Source of the DNA: an uncultured Gammaproteobacteria bacterium
GTDB lineage: Bacteria > Patescibacteriota > Patescibacteriia > CAIXNZ01
Assembly (NCBI GenBank): GCA_964590345.1
Contig: CAZPVP010000005.1
Coordinates: forward strand, 1-42,576
Direction: 5' to 3'
DNA length: 42,576 nucleotides
The first letter of the stretch is position 1; every line of letters starts with the position of its first letter. The notes beneath the pieces were generated by a model. The model was not told where the DNA came from, did not search any database, and saw only the letters and a list, made by a program, of their open reading frames with translations. The position numbers were made by a program, and so were the translations under genes. Positions 1 to 7,890 of the stretch are shown here, in pieces.

Positions 1-5
1 AAAAT

Positions 6-55
6 AGGACATTTTAACTTCCCTGAGAATAGGACATTTTAACTTCCCGTTGACA
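6..55. repeat. Left copy of the 50-bp window-terminal inverted repeat. It contains two direct 21-nt units (AATAGGACATTTTAACTTCCC) at a 25-bp period, and its inner boundary reads ...CCCGTTGACA.
   Basis: 6-55 is the exact reverse complement of 42527-42576 (50/50 by eye). Identity stops at 55/56. Confidence 0.95.
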
Positions 56-70
56 GAAACACGCAAAGTC

Positions 71-99
71 TTGACAATTTTTTTAGATTATGATAAGCT
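71..99 (+). promoter_or_regulatory. Sigma70-type promoter with extended -10
   Basis: TTGACA at 71-76, a 17-nt spacer, and TGaTAAGCT at 91-99. The same architecture recurs at other loci in the window. Confidence 0.6.
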
Positions 100-400
100 T
101 AAATATCGCCCACTGATTTTCTTGACTGTTTTATTCCCCCTGAAACAGTCTTGATCAGTGAGCGATTCTTGGAAACAGATAAAAAAATTTGTTTCCAAAA
201 ACCTGCAGGCACGATAAGCATGGGAGCGTACTTGAGGATTTAATCCGGCTCCGGCTAGATTATTCCTTAGATACGTTTTCTTGTCTGCAGATTTTTGGAG
301 AATAAAAAGTCAATAATCATCAACCTGGCAGAAGCAAAATGCTTTCAGCTGGGTCGGGCTGGAAGCATAATGCTATCTGCCTCCTTGAAAGGAGGTTGAA

Positions 401-541
401 ATGGCAAAACCCGTTTCAAATAGGTACGCAAAACGCGTGCGCAAGCTTAGGAGAAAGTCAAACTGGCTTTTGTCGATGAGTTTCATGAGCAGCAGATACA
501 ATGAAAGCAATGGACAGCACTCCCGAAAAGGAGACAAATAA
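401..541 (+). CDS. 46-codon basic micro-ORF (MAKPVSNRYAKRVRKLRRKSNW...)
   Basis: GGAGG lies 5 nt upstream of the ATG, but that SD is paired with CCTCC (380-384) in a hairpin. No recognisable family. Confidence 0.25.
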   Translation: MAKPVSNRYAKRVRKLRRKSNWLLSMSFMSSRYNESNGQHSRKGDK

Positions 542-555
542 CCTGTTCCGATTTA

Positions 556-588
556 GACCCACAAATTGTGGGCCTATTTTTTATTTTG
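556..588 (+). terminator. Rho-independent terminator
   Basis: CCCACA-AAT-TGTGGG stem followed by a T-rich run (ATTTTTTATTTT). Confidence 0.6.
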
Positions 589-725
589 AGGATATCTAAT
601 GAACAGAGATGCACGACCAGAGTTTCCCGTTGCCACAAAGTTGGACGAGCTAAGCAGTTCATCTATTCATGATATACCCGCTAGATGGGACATTTGGACA
701 TTTTTTACAAAGGAACTTCCAATAA

Positions 726-1076
726 TCAAAAAAGCACGCAATTGCGTGTTTTTAATTTTCTAAATATTTTTTTATTCTTATCTTCTCTTTGGTTATCGCC
801 TTTAAAATATAATTGAATAAACTCAATTAATCCCTTATCAATATAATGGGCATAAATTAAACGCAAGGTATTGCCTTTTAAATAACGGCAGAAAAAACGA
901 GCCTTAACAATTAACAATTGCTCATTTTTATGTAAAACAGCAAAATTTTTATTGGCACAAACATCAATAAAAGGGATATTTTTCTTAAAAGTATTCAAAT
1001 CATCAGCTAACGATTTATATTTCTTGGCTAATTTTTTACAACCTTTATCAAATTCCTTAATTGAGTTAAAGTTCAT
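726..1076 (-). CDS. RelE/ParE-superfamily-like toxin, partner of the upstream Panacea antitoxin
   Basis: 116 aa. Overlaps the upstream gene by 11 nt. Shows the toxin-like pattern KKLAKKYKSL...LRLIYAHY...IEFIQLYFKGD. Confidence 0.65.
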   Translation of the reverse strand: MNFNSIKEFDKGCKKLAKKYKSLADDLNTFKKNIPFIDVCANKNFAVLHKNEQLLIVKARFFCRYLKGNTLRLIYAHYIDKGLIEFIQLYFKGDNQREDKNKKIFRKLKTRNCVLF

Positions 1077-1845
1077 CTCGGTGTTCCTTCACCGAATACT
1101 TATCATCACGATAAAAAACACTTTCATAATCAATAACTTCGCCATTTTCATGACTTTTCCAGGGTATATCATTATGAGAGTATTCTGTTAATTCTTTAGC
1201 GCTTTTATTGGCCAAACGATTAATCACGTCGTCAATATGCGTAATTTCTCTTGCTGAAAGCCGGCTTAAATCAGGCTTTCTGCGTGGCAAGTATTTTTTT
1301 TGTTCATATTGAAAATATTTACTTTTAACTTTTTCCAATTCACCTTTATCAGTCATTTCATCAACAATTTCTTTTTCAAAAGCTACCGGAGTCGGGCCAT
1401 AATGATTTTTAATATATTTGGCGCCAATTAATTGCTCCTCGTATTTTTCATAATAATCAAAATCAATAAAATACAATAATTTATAAATGGCTGTTTCGCC
1501 AATATTAGGCAGTGCCCCGACTTTTTCTAAAATGTAAAGCAAAACCTCTTTAAATTTTTTTAAATTCTGCTGAGGCACGCTAATTCTGATTTCCGGTTTA
1601 GCTGATTTTTTAGGCTTTGACTTGCTTAATTTAACTGAAATTTTACTGGATTTCTCTGCTAAAAAATTTTCCAAAGTCAAACCAAAAATCTCGGCTAATT
1701 TTTTAGCCTGTTCAATGGTTAAGTCTGCCTTGCCATCTTCTATCTGCTTATAAGTGGGCCTGGACACATCAATCTTTTGGGCTAAATATTGCTGAGAGAG
1801 CTTGTTTTCTTGCCTTAACTTTTTTATAAAATTATTAAGCGCCAT
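1066..1845 (-). CDS. XRE-family HTH fused to a DUF4065/Panacea (SocA-like) antitoxin domain
   Basis: N-terminal part LSQQYLAQKIDVSRPTYKQIEDGK (HTH_3-like). C-terminal part KLLYFIDFDYYEKYEEQLIGAKYIKNHYGPTP, typical of DUF4065. Confidence 0.85.
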   Translation of the reverse strand: MALNNFIKKLRQENKLSQQYLAQKIDVSRPTYKQIEDGKADLTIEQAKKLAEIFGLTLENFLAEKSSKISVKLSKSKPKKSAKPEIRISVPQQNLKKFKEVLLYILEKVGALPNIGETAIYKLLYFIDFDYYEKYEEQLIGAKYIKNHYGPTPVAFEKEIVDEMTDKGELEKVKSKYFQYEQKKYLPRRKPDLSRLSAREITHIDDVINRLANKSAKELTEYSHNDIPWKSHENGEVIDYESVFYRDDKYSVKEHRDEL

Positions 1846-1868
1846 ACTGTAATTTTACCAATGTTAAA

Positions 1869-1908
1869 ATTTTTGTCAAGTTGATAAGTAAAATTATTTG
1901 ACAAAAAT
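1869..1908. promoter_or_regulatory. Palindromic operator-like element spanning divergent TTGACA boxes
   Basis: ATTTTTGTCAA ... TTGACAAAAAT: perfect 11-bp arms between the divergent TA operon and the 2016 gene. Confidence 0.5.
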
Positions 1909-2015
1909 ATTTATACCTGCTATGTTGATAAATAAGAAACATACTTCCCGCAATTCCCTAAGAATTGCTTAATTAACCGGACTGGAGCTTAGGGGGAAAG
2001 TCAAAAATTAAAAAT

Positions 2016-2222
2016 ATGTATTCATATTATGTAAACAAAAACGCTCAATCAAATGGCGATCATGAGGTTCACAGAGAAGGTTGTAATTATTTGCCTGAGC
2101 AGGATAACAGAGAATATCTTGGTGATTTTTCCTCCTGTCATGAGGCGGTTAAAGAAGCTCTAAGAAGAAATTATGATGCCAATGGCTGCATTCATTGTTC
2201 TAATGCGTGTCATACGCAATAA
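2016..2222 (+). CDS. Small Cys/His-rich protein of unknown function
   Basis: 68 aa with GDHEVHREGC...LGDFSSC...NGCIHC, followed by a terminator. Confidence 0.65.
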   Translation: MYSYYVNKNAQSNGDHEVHREGCNYLPEQDNREYLGDFSSCHEAVKEALRRNYDANGCIHCSNACHTQ

Positions 2223-2240
2223 ATTGTTCTTTACTACTAA

Positions 2241-2271
2241 AAACGCGCGACAATGAGTCGTGCGTTTTTTT
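2241..2271 (+). terminator. Rho-independent terminator
   Basis: ACGCGCGA-CAATGAG-TCGTGCGT stem followed by a T7 run. Confidence 0.7.
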
Positions 2272-2410
2272 CTTGGAAATTTATTTATAAATTTAATAAA
2301 ACTATGCCAAGTATATACTAACCGAGGGTACGGTTATTGAAAAAAGAGAGTTGTTGAGTTGTATGAGGAGCAAAATTACTCTTAAAAATAAGATTGTAAG
2401 TTTAGAATGA

Positions 2411-2662
2411 TTATAAGACAAATAATGTTTTAAATTTTTTTACTACAGCAGGTAGCAATATGCCCCACTTAGACAAAATCCCTATAGGTAATGACCAATC
2501 ATCAAAAGATTTTTTATCGTATACTTTTTTATATTCTAGAGACCATTTATAATCCTCTTTAAAAGTTAAAATTAAATGATTTAAAATCCGCTCCCCTAAA
2601 CTACAAGCCCCAGTTAATGCTGGATAATAAGAACCTATAATAAAGCTTCTTCTTATTTGCAA
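2411..2662 (-). CDS. Hypothetical 83-aa ORF, possibly a gene fragment
   Basis: ORF only. No recognisable motif and no clear RBS. Confidence 0.3.
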   Translation of the reverse strand: MQIRRSFIIGSYYPALTGACSLGERILNHLILTFKEDYKWSLEYKKVYDKKSFDDWSLPIGILSKWGILLPAVVKKFKTLFVL

Positions 2663-2702
2663 GTAAAATTTATTGTGAAAAGCTATAATTGAAACTGGAG
2701 AT

Positions 2703-4208
2703 GTGCCTAATTCAATAAAATTTTGTAATTTTTGTTCAAAATTATCTTTTCCAAATTTAATTAAAATTGCACCAGATGGATTTTATGTTTTAGGTGCAAA
2801 TAGATATGATGGTTATGGTACTGTAACATTTTTTGAAAAACATCCATGGAGTAAACCAAGAACAAAAAAACACCTCAATCAATTACTTGATAGAGGCATT
2901 TCTTTTGTCCCTGGAAGGACGGCAGACCCTTCATCCGTCCGCCAAATCCTTTTAAAAAAGGCAGGCGTCGTGCCAAGCAGAGCCGTGATAGAACTTTCTG
3001 GCGTCAAGGACTCTACTCCTATTATATCACCCCCTGAAAAACTTGTCAAACCCGAACCACGATTTGTTAAAAAAGAAACCGCTAAAGATGTAAGTAATAA
3101 AAATATAGAAAAAAGATTAAATGAAATAGATGAAAAAAGAAGTGAAGTAAAATCAAGAATATTGCAAATAGCTACAGCTCCTAAAAAAACCATTGACGGG
3201 ACTGCTTTAACAAAAGAGCAAATATCTGATTTTTTTCAAAAACAAATAGCCAAAAGACCTGAGTTATTAGCTCCTGAAGATATGGGAAAATGGGAAGATC
3301 CAAATTTTTATGTGAGATTAGTTGGTAATGCTATACCTACGATAGCAGGAGCTATAGTAGCAGGTGCAATAACAGGGCCGATTGGTGGCGTTGCTTTTAC
3401 TGTTGGCGTAGAAGGCGGGTTTGCTTATCAAGAAGCAATTAATGCTGGTGCTTCGGCTGATCAAGCTAAAATTATTGCGACCAAAGTTGGTGCTATAAAT
3501 GGCTCATTGGAATATTTGCCTATTGGCAGAGTATTAAATAAAGTTAAGGGAGGCAGACAATTAAAAGGTAATATATTAAGACGTATTATTAAAGAAATAG
3601 TAGCACAAGGCGGAACAGAAGCGTCTACTGAAGCTATGCAAGAAATAGTTAATAATGCTGTTTTAATGGAAATAGATGAAAATAGAGAGTTATTTGATAA
3701 TGTATTAGAAGCAGCAGTAGGTGGTGGACTTGTTGGTATACTAATGGGTGGTGGTGGTCAGATTATAAGTAAGCAACAGCCTATTTCTCAACCTACACAA
3801 CCACAAATACAACCTATGCAAGAACCAACTATAATGTTAGATGAATTAGATTTTGCTGGTGTTGAACCTCAAAAAGCTAAAGAAATTTATGCTGATATTA
3901 AAGATTTGCCAATTAATGAACAAAGAAATAAAATTAAAGAATTAATTGATCAAGGTGTAATAGATAAAACTATATTTAAAAAAATGAAAGCGATTAGAGC
4001 AGGAGAAAAATTAGAGGGATTGGATTATGATATTAAAACATTACCGATAAAACAAAAAGCTCAATATATTTGGGATAAATTACAAGAATTTAATGGTGAT
4101 GAAAATGCTGAAAAAGAATATTTGAAAGAACTTAAAGAAAAGGGTATTTTGTCAAAAAATACGATGAAAGAATTAAAAAAGATTAGATTTGAAGAAAGAG
4201 GCTATTAA
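2703..4208 (+). CDS. Orphan 501-aa protein with a central Gly/Ala-rich hydrophobic region. Possibly of mobile-element or phage origin.
   Basis: Long ORF with coding-like composition. Contains AIPTIAGAIVAGAITGPIGGVAFTVGVEGG and GGTEASTEAMQEI segments. The start (GTG at 2703) is uncertain. Confidence 0.65.
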   Translation: MPNSIKFCNFCSKLSFPNLIKIAPDGFYVLGANRYDGYGTVTFFEKHPWSKPRTKKHLNQLLDRGISFVPGRTADPSSVRQILLKKAGVVPSRAVIELSGVKDSTPIISPPEKLVKPEPRFVKKETAKDVSNKNIEKRLNEIDEKRSEVKSRILQIATAPKKTIDGTALTKEQISDFFQKQIAKRPELLAPEDMGKWEDPNFYVRLVGNAIPTIAGAIVAGAITGPIGGVAFTVGVEGGFAYQEAINAGASADQAKIIATKVGAINGSLEYLPIGRVLNKVKGGRQLKGNILRRIIKEIVAQGGTEASTEAMQEIVNNAVLMEIDENRELFDNVLEAAVGGGLVGILMGGGGQIISKQQPISQPTQPQIQPMQEPTIMLDELDFAGVEPQKAKEIYADIKDLPINEQRNKIKELIDQGVIDKTIFKKMKAIRAGEKLEGLDYDIKTLPIKQKAQYIWDKLQEFNGDENAEKEYLKELKEKGILSKNTMKELKKIRFEERGY

Positions 4209-4447
4209 ATTCCCAAATAGAAATCTTGTGGTGTACCAGAATAGTCTTTGTACCAGAATAGATTATATAAAAATAAAACAATAAATAGAATTAAAAAGGA
4301 TATATATATAAAATATTTCCATTTATTCCAAAAATTTAAGAATTTCAATAATAATTTGTTTGGGCTTTTATTTTTTGATTGTTTTTCTATTAAAATAAGG
4401 AAAGTAACCCATAAAATTATTAAAATTAAAAATATTATTCCTATCAT
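4205..4447 (-). CDS. Possible small membrane protein (80 aa, two hydrophobic segments)
   Basis: ORF only. The region is very AT-rich, there is no SD, and the ORF could be spurious. Confidence 0.25.
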   Translation of the reverse strand: MIGIIFLILIILWVTFLILIEKQSKNKSPNKLLLKFLNFWNKWKYFIYISFLILFIVLFLYNLFWYKDYSGTPQDFYLGI

Positions 4448-4513
4448 ATAATTGTAATTTAGGTAATTTAGCTATTTTCTGGTTATCCATTCGTCATAAT
4501 GATTAACCAGACC

Positions 4514-7432
4514 AATCTACAAAAGTAGAAATTTAATAGGTGTATTTGAGTTCCTTGTATTATCAGCCCACCCAATATCTACAAAAGTAGAAATTTAATA
4601 GGTGTATTTGAGCATGGTAATCGTCTTTCATGATAGTAGATCTACAAAAGTAGAAATTTAATAGGTGTATTTGAGAGTTTGCCATACAATGGACTATTGA
4701 ATCTACAAAAGTAGAAATTTAATAGGTGTATTTGAGTAAATCCTTATCAAATTTAATGCCATGATCTACAAAAGTAGAAATTTAATAGGTGTATTTGAGC
4801 TAACACAAAAATGATGAAAGAGACAATATCTACAAAAGTAGAAATTTAATAGGTGTATTTGAGTATTTCCATGACATTGAACCCCATGTATCTACAAAAG
4901 TAGAAATTTAATAGGTGTATTTGAGGAAAGAAATATGGTGGAAATACATGGCATCTACAAAAGTAGAAATTTAATAGGTGTATTTGAGTAACTGTTGCTA
5001 TAAAGGAATTATAATCTACAAAAGTAGAAATTTAATAGGTGTATTTGAGCATTAAAATGTGGATGAAAGAGACAATATCTACAAAAGTAGAAATTTAATA
5101 GGTGTATTTGAGTATGACTGATTTTTTAAACTGGATTTATCTACAAAAGTAGAAATTTAATAGGTGTATTTGAGAAATACCGCAGGATTTGAAAACCTTA
5201 GCATCTACAAAAGTAGAAATTTAATAGGTGTATTTGAGTAAGGCGGAAGTAATAGATGAGGTTAATCTACAAAAGTAGAAATTTAATAGGTGTATTTGAG
5301 TAGTAACTTGAACATCACCTGCCGCAAATCTACAAAAGTAGAAATTTAATAGGTGTATTTGAGAATCCCAGCCCCTAAAATCCCTGCCTAATCTACAAAA
5401 GTAGAAATTTAATAGGTGTATTTGAGGGGTAAGGTTAAGTAGTTATCTTTACATCTACAAAAGTAGAAATTTAATAGGTGTATTTGAGTAGTGTCCTTGC
5501 TATTTTTGTTGAGTTATCTACAAAAGTAGAAATTTAATAGGTGTATTTGAGATATAGTTGATATGCAGACATATATATCTACAAAAGTAGAAATTTAATA
5601 GGTGTATTTGAGAGCAAAACCAACAAAAGAAAATATAAATCTACAAAAGTAGAAATTTAATAGGTGTATTTGAGAAAAGTATCATACCCGCTACCGCAAT
5701 CATCTACAAAAGTAGAAATTTAATAGGTGTATTTGAGTCGTGCTGCTACTGAGGCTGCTAAAATCTACAAAAGTAGAAATTTAATAGGTGTATTTGAGGT
5801 TAGCTTTTAGAAGAATGAATGGTATCTACAAAAGTAGAAATTTAATAGGTGTATTTGAGCCATATTTTTAGCAGATTAATTCATTAATATCTACAAAAGT
5901 AGAAATTTAATAGGTGTATTTGAGGAACCACAAACATCTGTGAAGAATGACAATCTACAAAAGTAGAAATTTAATAGGTGTATTTGAGCTGTTAAACTAA
6001 CAGAGCCAGCGCCATATCTACAAAAGTAGAAATTTAATAGGTGTATTTGAGCACGATACATTATTTTGTATTAAGTTTATCTACAAAAGTAGAAATTTAA
6101 TAGGTGTATTTGAGTAAGGCAACGGCAAGAATTAGTAGGAATATCTACAAAAGTAGAAATTTAATAGGTGTATTTGAGGTCTCTGCCCCTAAAGTCTCTG
6201 CCCAATCTACAAAAGTAGAAATTTAATAGGTGTATTTGAGAAGAATTATATCAAAAAGTCATTAAATCTACAAAAGTAGAAATTTAATAGGTGTATTTGA
6301 GCAACAAAAACCACAAGGGGAGTTATCTATCTACAAAAGTAGAAATTTAATAGGTGTATTTGAGCTTACCCCAAGATAGTTGAGCAAGAATCTACAAAAG
6401 TAGAAATTTAATAGGTGTATTTGAGTCAGAAGTTGTCGCTGACAAATTAAATCTACAAAAGTAGAAATTTAATAGGTGTATTTGAGAAATACACATACAC
6501 CTGAGGGTCGTATCTACAAAAGTAGAAATTTAATAGGTGTATTTGAGCGGTAATCACGCGTTAGACAACGCTATATCTACAAAAGTAGAAATTTAATAGG
6601 TGTATTTGAGACATGAAACACACACTAAGATGGTTCCATCTACAAAAGTAGAAATTTAATAGGTGTATTTGAGTTGAAAGTTTATCTAAACATCAAATAT
6701 CTACAAAAGTAGAAATTTAATAGGTGTATTTGAGACAAAAAGAGATTAAAAGGAAACAATAATCTACAAAAGTAGAAATTTAATAGGTGTATTTGAGTTC
6801 AAATCAAAAAGTAAGCTTAGATCAGGCACGATCTACAAAAGTAGAAATTTAATAGGTGTATTTGAGCATGTGGGGACAATGGGTTAGTCTTTATCTACAA
6901 AAGTAGAAATTTAATAGGTGTATTTGAGTAATAAATAAGCTGAAGTATTGGATACATCTACAAAAGTAGAAATTTAATAGGTGTATTTGAGGGTTCGCTG
7001 CTAAATTGAATATAACATCTACAAAAGTAGAAATTTAATAGGTGTATTTGAGCTTTTTCACAGGTAGACCCCAAAATAATATCTACAAAAGTAGAAATTT
7101 AATAGGTGTATTTGAGTCGTGATATGAACGGAGTGGATTTAGAATCTACAAAAGTAGAAATTTAATAGGTGTATTTGAGTTATATGGAGCAAACAAACGG
7201 CTTTTAATCTACAAAAGTAGAAATTTAATAGGTGTATTTGAGAAGATGCTGATGTTAATGCTCAGAAAAATCTACAAAAGTAGAAATTTAATAGGTGTAT
7301 TTGAGTTGTTTTAGTGTGTTTTGCATACTTGTGATCTACAAAAGTAGAAATTTAATAGGTGTATTTGAGTAACACTGTCAGCGTCTTGAACCAATTATCT
7401 ACAAAAGTAGAAATTTAATAGGTGTATTTGAG
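4514..7432 (-). CRISPR. Type V-A CRISPR array: 47 identical 36-bp repeats and 46 spacers of about 25-33 bp
   Basis: The plus-strand repeat is ATCTACAAAAGTAGAAATTTAATAGGTGTATTTGAG. On the minus strand it reads CTCAAATACACCTATTAAATTTCTACTTTTGTAGAT, which ends in the Cas12a crRNA handle (stem TCTAC/GTAGA). Confidence 0.98.
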
Positions 7433-7598
7433 TCTTAAAATAGCTAATTTAAGCGAAAAAGATACAAATAATGCACATGTGCAATTACGACTTTTTCGCT
7501 TAAAATAGACAAATTTAAAATATAAGGACTTAGGTTTTGTATTTCTTAAAATATACCCACTGAAATTTCCACTTTTATTATCTTGTAAAAGTGCCAAA
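7433..7598 (-). promoter_or_regulatory. CRISPR leader between cas2 and the first repeat
   Basis: AT-rich 166 bp. It carries a 13-bp inverted repeat (7449-7461/7491-7503) enclosing the palindrome TGCACATGTGCA (7472-7483), and a direct repeat CTTAAAATAG at 7434 and 7499. Confidence 0.6.
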
Positions 7599-7877
7599 TT
7601 AAATATAAATAAGATCTGTGTCATCATGTTTTGCATAACCATAATATTTTATTTTTTTCTTGCATCCCTCACATATACGAAAAATTACAATACTGTCAGA
7701 ATCTGAAAAATGTTTTTTATACTTTAATTCTACCTCAATTAAAATATTTTGCAATACCCTTTGGCTATCTTTTATCTTAAAAACAGAATATTGTAGGCGA
7801 TGACCATATTTTGATAAAAATTTGGCAAATTTAGTTCTTTTCATGTCATTGCTAAAATCATAAGATACTATAAGCAT
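7599..7877 (-). CDS. cas2: CRISPR-associated endoribonuclease Cas2
   Basis: 92 aa. MLIVSYDFSNDMKRTKFAKFLSKYGHRLQYSVFKI matches the Cas2 N-terminal pattern. The position next to cas1 and the array agrees. Confidence 0.9.
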   Translation of the reverse strand: MLIVSYDFSNDMKRTKFAKFLSKYGHRLQYSVFKIKDSQRVLQNILIEVELKYKKHFSDSDSIVIFRICEGCKKKIKYYGYAKHDDTDLIYI

Positions 7878-7890
7878 AAATCAAAAAAAA

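Larger units (their letters stand above)
105..588 (+). ncRNA. Candidate structured RNA, or a long structured leader plus micro-ORF. Family not recognised.
   Basis: No ORF of 60 aa or more on either strand, and G+C is visibly higher than in the surroundings. There are nested hairpins at 105-117/154-166, 124-131/143-150, 169-177/190-198 and 380-384/391-395. The unit is bounded by a promoter (71-99) and an intrinsic terminator (556-588). Confidence 0.35.

Noticed and set aside
56-588. Assigning the G+C-richer units (56-588, 16500-16800, 40210-40607) to RNase P RNA, tmRNA, SRP RNA or 6S RNA.
   Set aside because: I could not find the hallmark motifs. There is no GAGGAAAGTCC/ACAGAAA P4 pair (only GGAGAAAGTCA-like partial matches). 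There is no tRNA-like 3' end with a TTCGA loop and CCA, and no tag ORF. There is no GGAA/AGCA SRP domain IV pair in a helix. Family assignment needs covariance-model searches.
7415-7642. 75-aa ORF spanning the last repeat, the leader and the cas2 3' end.
   Set aside because: It runs through the CRISPR repeat and leader and overlaps cas2. It is an artefact of AT-rich sequence.
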